From IMG/VR virus record IMGVR_UViG_3300031720_000003, positions 1-63,823 of that record: a DNA stretch of 63,823 bases; one strand, 5' to 3'. This DNA comes from a virus (taxonomy: Duplodnaviria > Caudoviricetes). The position numbers and the translations under genes were made by a program. The notes below the pieces were generated by a model. That model ran no database searches, was not told the DNA's origin, and saw nothing but the letters and a program-made list of their open reading frames with translations. Below, piece by piece: positions 26,657 through 36,622 of this stretch (positions are counted from its first letter, which is position 1; every line of letters begins with the position of its first letter).

Positions 26657-26820
26657 GACTCGGTCACGTCGATGAGGTAGGGATCGCTGAAGTCGTCGGG
26701 GAGATCGAGCTGTGCGGTGCCCCCGGGCTCCAGTTCCAGGGTTTGTCCGTTGTCGGGCCGAATGATGCCCGGCCAGACACGCGTGTGAATATCTGAGTTA
26801 GCAAAGGTGCGCGCTGGCAA
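26554..26820 (-). CDS. small virion-associated hypothetical protein
   Basis: AAGGAG RBS with TTG start; Pro/Ala-rich tail. Confidence 0.55.
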   Translation of the reverse strand: MPARTFANSDIHTRVWPGIIRPDNGQTLELEPGGTAQLDLPDDFSDPYLIDVTESYKDARVTRVTPPTPVAAKAAEPTPPAPTDKQED

Positions 26821-26845
26821 TTGTGCGGACTCCTTGGTGTGCTGA

Positions 26846-27376
26846 TTACGTGCCGGCGGGACCGGAGATCCACTCAATGACATCGGTGCGAATTACCGCG
26901 AGGATGAACACGGTGGTGCCGTCGGCTCCAGTGAAGGGCATGGACTGCGTCACTTGGACTTGCGCACTGCCGGCGGGGAACACCCGACCACTCAGGCCAG
27001 TGCCTAGCAAGGGATCGGCGCGGATGCTGGCCACGATGGCGTCGCAGACGGTGTCGTGATCCTGCTGCGCCTCAACAGCCTCACCTGCGGTGTTGGCCAG
27101 CACCAGTTCGAGCACCAGCTCATGCGTGTCGGTGTCCTCGACGTGGCTGAGGCCGGTGAGGGTCTCGCGTTTGCGATCGCTGCTGGGGACGTTGACGATC
27201 AGGACTGCGGCGGAACCGCTCTGTGAGGTGACGTACTGCGATACCGCCCCGGAGAGGGAGCGCTCGTAGTCCTCTTCGTCGACGACCTCGGGGCGCGCCG
27301 CGAACACGGTGCCCACGAAGGGGAGGTTGGCGTTCTGCAGATACTCGACCGCTGCCTCGCGGACGTTGGCGCGCAC
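26846..27376 (-). CDS. tail terminator-like protein
   Basis: Position; DAIVASIRADPLLG motif. Confidence 0.65.
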   Translation of the reverse strand: MRANVREAAVEYLQNANLPFVGTVFAARPEVVDEEDYERSLSGAVSQYVTSQSGSAAVLIVNVPSSDRKRETLTGLSHVEDTDTHELVLELVLANTAGEAVEAQQDHDTVCDAIVASIRADPLLGTGLSGRVFPAGSAQVQVTQSMPFTGADGTTVFILAVIRTDVIEWISGPAGT

Positions 27377-27379
27377 TGG

Positions 27380-28381
27380 TCAGGCAGCGCGCAAGGTGGC
27401 CACGACGAAGGGCTTGAGCAGCTCAAGTGCCTGCTCATAGTCCTCGCTGGCCCCGGCCTGCCCCATCACCTGACGGTTGGGTGTGCCTCCGGGCGTTCCG
27501 GGCATCACCAACGCGCGCGAGCCACGCGTCTTGATGAGGCAGGAGGTGAGCAAGATCACCGCCTGCTCCACCGCCCGGGGCAGCGCAGAGACGCGGGTCA
27601 CATCGGGTGGCTGGGGGATGGTGTGCGCGAACTGCGTCGGCGCGGCCAGGGTGATGTTCAGCCCGGTCGGCGCCGATGCGGCCACCACGATCTCGGTGTT
27701 GTCCCCATCATTGATCGTCAGCTGCGTGCCCGCGTACACGCCGGCCACCGTGGATCCTCCCGGAGAGGACGGGTACACTGTGATCGACGTGGCTGCCGCG
27801 TTACAGTTCGCTGAGAGCGCGGTGTGCGGGTAGCCGTTGATGTACGTCCAGACCGCGAAGAGCTGCCCGAACACGCCGAGCGGACGGGGCAGCGGAACCA
27901 GTCCCCCACCGGGGGCGGGGTAGTTCCACCAGCCGGGCACCCAGATGACCTTGCCGTCGATGAAGATGTCGCCCGCAGTGCTCGGACTCACGTTGCCGAG
28001 CTGCGAGGGCGTGGAGCCCAGTCCGAGCCCGACCACCTCGAGCACCGGGCGGTAGTTGCAGATCAAGGCCAGCGCTCCGCCACTCTTGGCGGTGACCCAG
28101 GCGGATTCCGTGCTCGGTGAGGCGGCTAGTGTGCCGTCGGCGCGGTGGAAGCAGATCAGATCCGCCCACGAGGAGGCGCGTTCGATCACCCGAGCCAGTG
28201 CAGAGGTGGAGTCGCCGGGATTGGTGGATCCCGACACCAGCGCCGTCGTGGAGACTGCAGTCGGTGCGTTGCGGTAATCGGTGACCGAGATGTACGGTCG
28301 CGCACGATTGGCGCTGAGCACTCCCGGCGCGACCACGCTGGTCGAGAACGGGGCCGGCGAGAAGGGTGTGCCTGTGGTCAT
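27380..28381 (-). CDS. head-tail adaptor with inserted beta-domain
   Basis: PYISVTDY...IERASSWADLIC...LPRAVEQAVILL...LLKPF. Confidence 0.7.
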   Translation of the reverse strand: MTTGTPFSPAPFSTSVVAPGVLSANRARPYISVTDYRNAPTAVSTTALVSGSTNPGDSTSALARVIERASSWADLICFHRADGTLAASPSTESAWVTAKSGGALALICNYRPVLEVVGLGLGSTPSQLGNVSPSTAGDIFIDGKVIWVPGWWNYPAPGGGLVPLPRPLGVFGQLFAVWTYINGYPHTALSANCNAAATSITVYPSSPGGSTVAGVYAGTQLTINDGDNTEIVVAASAPTGLNITLAAPTQFAHTIPQPPDVTRVSALPRAVEQAVILLTSCLIKTRGSRALVMPGTPGGTPNRQVMGQAGASEDYEQALELLKPFVVATLRAA

Positions 28382-28552
28382 CGATCCACCACGATGTGAG
28401 CCTCGCCGTCAGCATCGAAGTACACGGTGAGTCCCGACGACTTGGCGATCTCACAGGCAACGCGCCACAGATCCACGAAGCGTTCTCCTCAAGCGAAGCG
28501 ACCGGGTCCGGTTTCCCGAAACCCGGTCCTTCGTGCTGCAGGCGGGCACGGA

Positions 28553-29038
28553 TCAACTTGCGCAGCCGTGAGACGGGAGCAACGACGCCTTGGCGTGATC
28601 CAGCACGGTGTCGTGCAGATGGCGCGGCTCGTGACGGAGCACGATCTGCATCCAGCCATCGAGCCTGCACCAGTGTCCGGGCGGATGCGTGGCGTCTGAC
28701 ATCCGACTGACGGTGCGCATGGCTTCCGGGTTGCGAGCGAGCAGTGAGCCGGCGAACTTCACACAGCCCAGCCCGGCGTAGATACCAACGAAGTAGGGCG
28801 ACGCGAAGCAACACCATTCGCCTGAGCAGGCTTCGAGCTCGTCGAGCGTGTCGGGGCGGATGACGATGTCCTGCTCGACAATCGCGAAGGTCTCTGCGCG
28901 CTCCCAGAGCCCGCTCAGCAGGGCACAGTAGTCGGTGTCGCTAGCTGAGACATCGACGGCTTCCCAGTCATGGCCGCTGGCCTCGAGCGCTGCTCGCGTC
29001 TCGTCACGCAGCTCAACGAAGGGACAGATGACCCTCAC
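28553..29038 (-). CDS. GT-A-fold glycosyltransferase-like protein
   Basis: IVEQDIV (DxD-like), GLGCVKF; paralogue of 31563..32051. Confidence 0.65.
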   Translation of the reverse strand: MRVICPFVELRDETRAALEASGHDWEAVDVSASDTDYCALLSGLWERAETFAIVEQDIVIRPDTLDELEACSGEWCCFASPYFVGIYAGLGCVKFAGSLLARNPEAMRTVSRMSDATHPPGHWCRLDGWMQIVLRHEPRHLHDTVLDHAKASLLPSHGCAS

Positions 29039-30000
29039 GCGAGGAGTTGGTCAGCCAGCTCCATCGAGGCGGCCACCACGCCATCGAGGTTCAGATACTT
29101 GTGCGAGCCGGTGCGCCCGTGGCGGATCTGCCAGGAGGGTTCGAGATCCACATCCAGGGGCAGGGGATAGGCGTGCGGTGAGACGTGCGCATCGAGCAAC
29201 AGGGGATCGCGGTGACCGAGACGCTCGAACAGTTCCAGCGCCGACTGACAGTAGGCGTCGGGGCTGAAGGCGAGTTCCCCGGGACAGGTGGCCTCCGCCT
29301 GCAGGCTGTAGAGCCCGATGGGTGCATTGGCCGACGCGAAGTTGCTCGGCACGCTGACCCGGTGAAACACCGTCTCATCACCGGGGATGTAGAGCGCGGT
29401 GAAGTCAGGGTCGATGCCCGTGAATCCGGCGCTGACCGTGATCAGGCTGTTGTAGGGCAGCTGCGCAACCGGGATGGTGGAGACCACTCGGTCGAAGCCG
29501 GAGAGATCCGGATCGGAGGCTCCGCAGATCAGCGCGGTGTCCACCCGGCGCGCCCACGCCTCGGTGATGGCACCATAGCCACCCTGCGAGGGGTAGGCGT
29601 ACTCGCTCACCCCGCCCGGTTTACGCCCGGCCTGCGCACCCAAGCGCACCCGGGAGAGTGAACTGGGGTCGCGTTTCCAGAGCTTGCGGCTGTAGCGGGT
29701 GACCTGGGCGGGATCCTCGAAGGGATGCTGTGCGAACGCTCCGTTGATCCACGCGCGGTTGCGGGTACGACCTGTCTCCCAGGTCAGTCCGGTGGAGACG
29801 CGGATCCACTCCACCGCCTCGGGGATGCCACCTAAGACGTGGGGGCCTTGATCGAAGGTGAAGTCCATGATGCACCGCGAGCGGCAGAGCCCACCGGGCG
29901 TACGCTCACGCTCGAACACGGTGACCGATTCACCACGCTCGCGCAGCAGCACAGCGAGGGAGAGGCCAGCGGCGCCAGCACCGAGGATGGCGGTGGGCAC
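29035..30000 (-). CDS. FAD-dependent oxidoreductase (UDP-galactopyranose mutase / HemY-like)
   Basis: ILGAGAAGLS...FERERTPGGLCRS...FDQGPH; GRTGSHKYLNLD. Confidence 0.8.
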   Translation of the reverse strand: MPTAILGAGAAGLSLAVLLRERGESVTVFERERTPGGLCRSRCIMDFTFDQGPHVLGGIPEAVEWIRVSTGLTWETGRTRNRAWINGAFAQHPFEDPAQVTRYSRKLWKRDPSSLSRVRLGAQAGRKPGGVSEYAYPSQGGYGAITEAWARRVDTALICGASDPDLSGFDRVVSTIPVAQLPYNSLITVSAGFTGIDPDFTALYIPGDETVFHRVSVPSNFASANAPIGLYSLQAEATCPGELAFSPDAYCQSALELFERLGHRDPLLLDAHVSPHAYPLPLDVDLEPSWQIRHGRTGSHKYLNLDGVVAASMELADQLLA

Positions 30001-30001
30001 A

Positions 30002-30595
30002 TCAGGCGACCCTGCGCAGCCAGCCGCGCGGGTTCAGCGTGGTGGGCCAGCGATCCTCAAGCTCCTGGTCATCGACGAAGTCGGTGTGGGTGGCGAGGTA
30101 GTACGCGGTCGCCTCCAGTGGTGAGCCGCGATTCCAGTCGTTCTCCCAGTAGTCGAACATGCCGTCCTCGACCACCATGTAGCTCCCCGGACTCACCAGG
30201 CTGCGGTAGAGCAGCATCTCCTCGAGCACGGTCAGGGTGTCGTGCTCGGAATCGAGGGTGACCATGACCGGACCCGGGAGTGCTTCGACGATGTCGCGCA
30301 CCGTGTCAAGCATCTGCTGCGAGCGTCCCGCCACGATGGTGACGTTGTCTGGCATGCGCGATGCTTGGGCAGCGATGTAGTCCGGATTCATCTCCACCGA
30401 GACCACCTGAGGGACGCGTGCCGCAAACCAGCGCGCACTCTCGCCGTAGGCGAAGCCGGTCTCGACCAGCACACCGGGCTTGACGCGCTCGATGAGCACC
30501 TCGTAGCGGGCGAGGTCGAAGGGGGTCTTGAGCAATCCCTCATGGCGAACCACCATGGCCTCGAACTCGCGCAGCGAACCATCGAGGTCGATCAT
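30002..30595 (-). CDS. CmcI-family (cephalosporin hydroxylase-like) SAM-dependent sugar O-methyltransferase
   Basis: KTPFDL..YE.LI..VKPGVLVETG...LDSEH...GSYMVVEDG...NPRGWLRR. Confidence 0.85.
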   Translation of the reverse strand: MIDLDGSLREFEAMVVRHEGLLKTPFDLARYEVLIERVKPGVLVETGFAYGESARWFAARVPQVVSVEMNPDYIAAQASRMPDNVTIVAGRSQQMLDTVRDIVEALPGPVMVTLDSEHDTLTVLEEMLLYRSLVSPGSYMVVEDGMFDYWENDWNRGSPLEATAYYLATHTDFVDDQELEDRWPTTLNPRGWLRRVA

Positions 30596-31566
30596 CGGCG
30601 CCCGTGGAGCTCGTCCATCACCGCACAGATCTCAGCAATCTCCTGAGCGCGAGAGTACGTGCGTTGATGCCACTCGGCCCAGATCGCGGTGTTCGTCGCC
30701 CACGGCTGCCAGTCGGCCTCGATGCTGCGCGCGGTGCTGTCCAGCGCGTCGCGCAGAGCGTTGACATCGTCCTGCGCCACGATCACCGCGCGGCCCTCGA
30801 GGTATTCCATGGGGCCTCCGCCTTGTTGCTGCCACGCCCAGGTCGGGCAGGGATGGTGTGCAAAGTGCGAAGGCCCCCCGGGCCAGGCGACGATGGCGCA
30901 GCCCGAGAGCATGGCCTCTTGCGTAGGCGCACAAAGTCCTTCGATGGCGTTGGGTGCGCAGAAGATGGCCCCGGTGCGCAGGCTCTCGGCGACCTGTGCA
31001 TCGGTGCCACCGAGCTGCTCAACGCTCCATCCCAGCGGCAAGCGTACGTCCTCGAAGATGGCTGCGTTCTGCGCGGAGTGCTTGTAGCCGAAGAACATCA
31101 CCGCCGGCCGCCGGGGCCAGGCACCGTACGTGAAACCCGCGTCCCGACCCATGCGTCCGTTGCCGCTGCTGTGCAGATGGATCACCGGCAGCTGCAGCGT
31201 GGGGAAGCGGAGACGTAACAGTGCCGCGGAGTGCTCGCTCTCGACGAAGATGGCGATGAGGTCGGGCGTGTCGAGGTACGGGTGCGGACGATCCGCATCC
31301 ATGCCGAAGCTGTCGAGCAGGTAGGCGTTCTGGATAAAGCTCACCCGCGGCACCCCGCGCGGGATCAGCGTGTCGAGGCCGTGCCCGTAGATCTCAGGGA
31401 CCACGACCAGGTCGTTGTCGGCCCAGTCGATGCCAGCAAGATCCTGAGTAAGCACGACGCGGCTGCTGAAGCCGTGCTCACTGAGGATGCAACTGAGATC
31501 GCCGAGCTTGCGCGTGCCCCCGCTGGTCGATTCACTGGGGGGGACCGGCGAGAGAAAGTAGATCAA
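30592..31566 (-). CDS. GT-B (GT4-like) glycosyltransferase
   Basis: SGG...VVVPEI...FIQNAY; EGLCAPTQEAMLSGC (E-x7-E motif). Confidence 0.8.
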   Translation of the reverse strand: MIYFLSPVPPSESTSGGTRKLGDLSCILSEHGFSSRVVLTQDLAGIDWADNDLVVVPEIYGHGLDTLIPRGVPRVSFIQNAYLLDSFGMDADRPHPYLDTPDLIAIFVESEHSAALLRLRFPTLQLPVIHLHSSGNGRMGRDAGFTYGAWPRRPAVMFFGYKHSAQNAAIFEDVRLPLGWSVEQLGGTDAQVAESLRTGAIFCAPNAIEGLCAPTQEAMLSGCAIVAWPGGPSHFAHHPCPTWAWQQQGGGPMEYLEGRAVIVAQDDVNALRDALDSTARSIEADWQPWATNTAIWAEWHQRTYSRAQEIAEICAVMDELHGRR

Positions 31567-32051
31567 TGCGACTGGCGACAGTCGCAGCGGCCGTCTCGTA
31601 CATGGTGCGAGAGCACGGCCGGCCAGTGGATGTGCTGCGTGTAGCCGAGCTGTTGCAGCCGGGGCAGCATCTCGCAGTCCAAGCGCCGCCAGTCGCGCAC
31701 CGGCAGGTTGGTCATGAACATGGGATGCGCTTGTAGAAGTTCCGAGCCGAAGCGCGTGCAACCGAGGCTGCCGTAGAGGTGGCGATCACCGTCGTCATCT
31801 CCCGCTGCCTCATAGGGGAGCACGCACCACGGCTCGCCGCATTGCTCAAGCTGCGGGATCACGTCAGCGTGGATCTCGATGTCGTGCTCGATGAGCAGGA
31901 AGGACTCGCCGTCACGCCACAGGCTGTCGAGCAGCACCCAGTACGCGTCCGTCTGCAAGCCGAGCTCGTAGCGCTCAGCGGCCGGGGCGAAGCGTGTCAG
32001 TGCAGCGTCGGCGAGTGGGTGCAGCGCCGTGTAGGCGCAGCAGACCCGCAT
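31563..32051 (-). CDS. GT-A-fold glycosyltransferase-like protein
   Basis: LIEHDIE; SLGCTRF; WRRLD. Confidence 0.65.
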   Translation of the reverse strand: MRVCCAYTALHPLADAALTRFAPAAERYELGLQTDAYWVLLDSLWRDGESFLLIEHDIEIHADVIPQLEQCGEPWCVLPYEAAGDDDGDRHLYGSLGCTRFGSELLQAHPMFMTNLPVRDWRRLDCEMLPRLQQLGYTQHIHWPAVLSHHVRDGRCDCRQSH

Positions 32052-32054
32052 GCA

Positions 32055-32336
32055 CTATGCGGTGCGGCGCACCTTGGGCCGCGAATCCGCCGCATCCTTC
32101 TCGGCAAATGGACTTTCGCCCTCATGCCAGCCCGGCATGCGCAGCATGAACGCGGCCACGTCGTCGGGCACTTCGAAGGTGCCGTTGCGGGCTTCGTAGG
32201 TGGCCCCGCTGTGGATGATGCGGTCAGCTCCGGAGGGTTGCGCGGCTTCGCGTCGCACCAGGCGTGCGCCTTCGTGCGCGTCGAAGTCCCACTCTTCCTT
32301 GACGCTGTTGATCACATGGTGAATGCGTCGAGCCAT
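32055..32336 (-). CDS. hypothetical virion protein
   Basis: Directly after the capsid gene; AAAGGA RBS. Confidence 0.6.
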   Translation of the reverse strand: MARRIHHVINSVKEEWDFDAHEGARLVRREAAQPSGADRIIHSGATYEARNGTFEVPDDVAAFMLRMPGWHEGESPFAEKDAADSRPKVRRTA

Positions 32337-32459
32337 GTATTGTCCTTTTCTGGTGTGTTGTGTTCCCCTCGCCCGCACGGGTGCCCGCAGGGGGACTGCG
32401 GGACACCCGCTAGGCGGAGGGAAGGCCGATGTGTTGGACGACCTATTGGCTAACTACGC

Positions 32460-33938
32460 TCACGCCACATTGCAGGCAACGGCCTGGGCCGACGGTGCGA
32501 AGTTGACCAGCGTTTCAAGAGACCTGATCTCAAAGTCGTACCGGGGGCCACCACCGAGCACGCCGGTGGAGAGGTTGGCCGCGTAGTCGAACCTGCGCGT
32601 GTCGTAGAGGCAGCGCACCTCAAAGCTCGAGCCGATGTTGGAGCCCGGGAAGGGCACGCGGTCGCTGCGAGCGATGATGGTGCCGGGGGCAACCCGGGGA
32701 TGCACCTCGATCTGCACGGGCACGCCACCCGCCGCGCGGTTGACGTAGCGCCCGATGAAGCCACCGCCAGCCAGATTGGTGCGGGCGTCCGCATCGGTCG
32801 GAGGCAGGAAGGTGGTCGCGGAGTTCGAGCCGAGGATGAGCTTGGAGATCTCATCGCCTTGCTGCGAGTTGACCATGTACGCGGTCGGAGACAGCTGCAC
32901 CGTGTTCCAGAGCTGGTCGTTGATCTTGTCGAGGATGTCGACGCCACCACCCGACAGGGCCGGCGCACTGCCACCGTTGTCGATGAAGATGGCGCCCGAC
33001 GCAGTTCCGGATCCCGGGGTCACCGGACCCGTGGTGCCGTAGTCGCCGAGACTGGAGGCGACCACACCGTTGTACCAGTTGGCCGAGTACGAGGTGTCTG
33101 CGGTGGGCGGAGTGGTCGGAGCCGTGCTGGAGAGCAGCGGCAGGGTCGAGGAACCCGGCAGCGCCTGCGGTGCAGTGGGCACCGAGGTGATGACCACTGA
33201 GGCCGTGGTCGTGGTCGTGTAGTACTGCTGGTTGCTGGACGAAGAGCCCACGAACCAGTCGTACGCAGCCGCGCCTTTGACCGCAGCGATGGAGGCGGTC
33301 ACCGAGTTGGTGGAGGTGGTGGTGCCAGCGGTGGATGCCGCGTTGGCTGAGGCCACCGAGGAGCCGCCGAGGAAGTAGTTAGCTCCCGAGCGCGCGGCCA
33401 CCTTGACGTTCACCGAGACGCCGGTGTTGCCGATCGAGCCGCCCGTGGTGGAGGCGACCAGCGTGGGAGTCGCCGGGGTGCCCAGCGACCACGCCTGCGA
33501 GTTGATGATGTGGAGATCCTGGGCGATGAACAGCTGCATCAGGGTGAGCAGTTCAGCGTCGGCGAGCGCGTCGTAGAAACCGCGCCCGATGGCGACCGAA
33601 TCCAGGGTGACGCGGCCCGACTTGGCCAGCGGCTTGTAGGGCGCGAACACGTCCTGCTCCTGGAAGTTGACCAGCGAGCCGGCGTAGTCCATACCCACCG
33701 CAGCGTCGGACTGCGAGGAGTTGATGTTGATCCAGGCGCGCCAGGTGGCCGTGTTCGACCCCACTGACGGCGTGGTGCGCGGGAAGGCGAGGGTGTTGTT
33801 GCGAGCGGGGACGTTGGCCGGAACCAGCGAGACGCGCCGGACCAGGTCGACTCCCTGCATCCCAGTCGAGGCAAAGATGCCAGCGGTCGACTTGATCGCT
33901 TGCAGCGTCTCCTCGGTGATCTGCTCAGCGGGGTTCAC
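32460..33938 (-). CDS. major capsid protein with S/T-rich inserted domain
   Basis: Position after the scaffold gene; AAAGGAG RBS; VQIEVHPRVAPGTII C-terminal motif. Confidence 0.85.
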   Translation of the reverse strand: MNPAEQITEETLQAIKSTAGIFASTGMQGVDLVRRVSLVPANVPARNNTLAFPRTTPSVGSNTATWRAWININSSQSDAAVGMDYAGSLVNFQEQDVFAPYKPLAKSGRVTLDSVAIGRGFYDALADAELLTLMQLFIAQDLHIINSQAWSLGTPATPTLVASTTGGSIGNTGVSVNVKVAARSGANYFLGGSSVASANAASTAGTTTSTNSVTASIAAVKGAAAYDWFVGSSSSNQQYYTTTTTASVVITSVPTAPQALPGSSTLPLLSSTAPTTPPTADTSYSANWYNGVVASSLGDYGTTGPVTPGSGTASGAIFIDNGGSAPALSGGGVDILDKINDQLWNTVQLSPTAYMVNSQQGDEISKLILGSNSATTFLPPTDADARTNLAGGGFIGRYVNRAAGGVPVQIEVHPRVAPGTIIARSDRVPFPGSNIGSSFEVRCLYDTRRFDYAANLSTGVLGGGPRYDFEIRSLETLVNFAPSAQAVACNVA

Positions 33939-34005
33939 GTAGACGTGCTCCTTTCAATGGACATGCGGAAGCAGAACGCTTCCGAGTGGCGAGACCGGAG
34001 TGAGC

Positions 34006-35676
34006 TCAGATCTCGTTGCGGCGGTGACCCTGGAGGAGCTTCCTCCGGGTCAGGTCGTAGGAGATGGTCGAGGCGCGCTGCACGGCCTCGGGCCCCTTCT
34101 GGCTGAGCGCTTCCTCGAGACTCTTCTCGAGACGCTCGATCTCCGCGTCCTCGGCGCTCTTGGCCACGTCCTCGCTCTGGCGTCCCTCGCTGGCCGGGTA
34201 GGCCCCACGAGCGATGCCGTCCAGAACTGGTCCGCCGGCACGCGGCTTGGCTGCCATCTTCTCCAGCAGTGCCTTGACATCACCGAGTTCCTTGCGGAGA
34301 TCGGCCACGTCTTCGGTCGCTGCTTCTTTGGCGGTGAAACGCGAGTCGACCGGCGCACCCACGACGGCCACGTCGTTGGCTGCGGATTCGCCCGTGACCT
34401 TGGCTTCGAGGTCGGCCTGGGTCACGTCGCCGCCGTTGTTGGCGTTCTTCTCGGCCAGCGCCTTCACAGCCGCGGCTGCCGCCGCGCCCGAGGCACCAGC
34501 GATAAGGTCGCTCAGCTCTTCCTTGGTGAGCTGCGTCATGATCTTGTCCTCCTCGGACGTGGAGCCGGTGTCCCCGGCGGGTTGGTGTTCACCGAGGACA
34601 TCGGTGAGGTGAGCGTGGGCGGCGCGCAGTGCCGAGACGGTGCGTGCAGAGAGCCGACGGCCGGCCTTCATGGCGTCGGAAGCAGCCCCCTCATGGAAGG
34701 CGAGCCGGGCCACGATGCCCAGCGCGCACTCGAGGGCTGAAGCGGCGTCAGCGAGATCCCAGGCGTCCTCTTGGTCGCCAGCATCCCCAGCTGCGGCCTC
34801 GATCTGTTCGCGCTTCTGGATGGCGTCGATGGCCATCCCGCACGAGGCGAGGGACTGCGCAACCTGCGCGAGCGTCGCGGAGTCGACGGATTCCCACGGC
34901 GCCGAACCGATGCCGGTGGCAGTGCTCCAGGGGGCGTCCTTCTCCAGCGTCTCGACCACGCCGATAAGCACCTCACTGGCTTTGCCGAGCGCCTGATCCA
35001 TCGACTCGCCAGCCGGCGGATGGAAGGCTTGGGCTTCGATGGGGATGACGTAGGTGCTCTGGCCGCCACCCTGCTCTTCAGGAGAGCGGGTGATGGTGCC
35101 TGCGGTCATCGGTGCAATGCGCTGACCCGAGGTGCCAGTGTCAGTCGTGTGCGGCAGCGACTCCGGGTCGGGGATCTGCAGGGAAGCGTCGGGCACGCCC
35201 GGCGACTTCTCAGCGTCGCCCTCATCCTCCTGGTCGATGTTGGGGAACTTGCGTCGTACCGCAGCCTTCACGCGCTTCTGCTCATCGGGCGTGCCGTGCT
35301 GCGCGACACGCGACAGCGCGGAACGCGCGTGAGCCTCATCGGGCAACGGATAGCTACCCGAGCCAGGGGCCTTTTCTGGAATCGCGAATGAACTCTTGGG
35401 CAACGCCTTACGCTGTGCAGCCTTGAGCTTGCCCTTGGCGATCAGCGGTGCGCAGACTTCGCAGTCAGCTACACCGCACGCCTTCACTGCGGGCTCGTCC
35501 TCATCATCATCGGGCTCGGGCTCACCGGCCTTCGCGGCCAGCTCATCGGCGGTCGCAGCGACCTCTTCAGCGGCGGCCTTGGCGACCAGCGCGGGGAAGC
35601 CGTTGGCTCCGTCCTTCACAAGATGCAGTTCGTCAACGTCGAGATCGACGAACTCGGTCAGCGCAACGTCAGCCAT
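34006..35676 (-). CDS. scaffolding / head maturation protein (DUF6582-like domain)
   Basis: VDELHLVKDGANG; RKALPKSSFAIP...YPLPDEAHARSALSR; acidic helical C-terminus. Confidence 0.7.
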   Translation of the reverse strand: MADVALTEFVDLDVDELHLVKDGANGFPALVAKAAAEEVAATADELAAKAGEPEPDDDEDEPAVKACGVADCEVCAPLIAKGKLKAAQRKALPKSSFAIPEKAPGSGSYPLPDEAHARSALSRVAQHGTPDEQKRVKAAVRRKFPNIDQEDEGDAEKSPGVPDASLQIPDPESLPHTTDTGTSGQRIAPMTAGTITRSPEEQGGGQSTYVIPIEAQAFHPPAGESMDQALGKASEVLIGVVETLEKDAPWSTATGIGSAPWESVDSATLAQVAQSLASCGMAIDAIQKREQIEAAAGDAGDQEDAWDLADAASALECALGIVARLAFHEGAASDAMKAGRRLSARTVSALRAAHAHLTDVLGEHQPAGDTGSTSEEDKIMTQLTKEELSDLIAGASGAAAAAAVKALAEKNANNGGDVTQADLEAKVTGESAANDVAVVGAPVDSRFTAKEAATEDVADLRKELGDVKALLEKMAAKPRAGGPVLDGIARGAYPASEGRQSEDVAKSAEDAEIERLEKSLEEALSQKGPEAVQRASTISYDLTRRKLLQGHRRNEI

Positions 35677-36271
35677 GCGATCGACTCCTTACTCGCTCGA
35701 GAGTGTCGGGTGTGGGCACACGGCGTTTCGCGCCACCTTGCACGCTCACTCCTCCGATGACCTGGGCTTTGTAGAGCGCCCACGTCGGTTCTGAGAGCAC
35801 CATGCCCACCAGCCAGTCACCGGGCATGACCACTTGTTCGGTGCCGTCGGCCGCTTTGATGGCCCACGGTTCACCGCGCCAGATGTAGTTCTCCACGACC
35901 TGCGCGGCCTTGTCGAAGCCACGCTTGTGCCACATGCCGACCCGGGCTCCCTTGCGCATAAAGTTCCATGCGGCACGTTCCACAACTTCCTCGGACGCGG
36001 CATCACGGAACCCGTCGGCACCGACTGCAGCATCTTTGTAGGCGGGATAGGCGACGGTGAGCAGGTACCGCTTGGCGTCGTCCGCTTTGAGCACCGCGCC
36101 AGGAACGATGTCGCGTTTTTCTTTGCTCATCGGATCGTGCGTGTGCGCTCCTAGGGTGTGAACGATGTTGGCGACAACGGTGGCCACGTCGGGGCAACCG
36201 CACTGATCTGCCTGTGCCTGCAGGTCGAGCGTGACGATGCTGCGCGCATCACCATGATCGTCCTCGGGCAT
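35669..36271 (-). CDS. XkdF-like prohead serine protease
   Basis: VERAAWNFM...GMWH...VVENYI...GDWLVG...GGVSVQG. Confidence 0.8.
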   Translation of the reverse strand: MPEDDHGDARSIVTLDLQAQADQCGCPDVATVVANIVHTLGAHTHDPMSKEKRDIVPGAVLKADDAKRYLLTVAYPAYKDAAVGADGFRDAASEEVVERAAWNFMRKGARVGMWHKRGFDKAAQVVENYIWRGEPWAIKAADGTEQVVMPGDWLVGMVLSEPTWALYKAQVIGGVSVQGGAKRRVPTPDTLERVRSRSHG

Positions 36272-36300
36272 CAAGCACCCGCATCCCCAGCACACGCTAG

Positions 36301-36609
36301 CTATACGTCCTTTGTGCCGCTGTGGGGATTGAGTTGCGGCACGCTCTCGTCCTGATGATTGGCCACGCACGCGTTGGCGCTCATCATCGCGTCCTGCAGC
36401 TTGCGCATCGCCAGCGTGCGATCGGGGCTACTGGGCAGGAGCTTGAGCAGATCGATAGCGAGACTGCGGAAGCCGACGCGGATGGCATCGTGGATCGGCC
36501 CGGTGATCGGTGTGGCCGGATGGAAGCGGAACCAGTTGACCACGTCGTCATCACTGGGACCGAAGGTGCCGATCTGCGCTGCGTAGTTCTCGATGCCGTG
36601 CTCTGCCAT
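36301..36609 (-). CDS. Acb2/Tad1-like helical-hairpin protein (putative immune-signal sponge)
   Basis: FRFHP...IR...LPSSPDRTLAMRKLQDAMMSANACVA. Confidence 0.6.
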   Translation of the reverse strand: MAEHGIENYAAQIGTFGPSDDDVVNWFRFHPATPITGPIHDAIRVGFRSLAIDLLKLLPSSPDRTLAMRKLQDAMMSANACVANHQDESVPQLNPHSGTKDV

Positions 36610-36622
36610 CGCTCTCCCTTCG

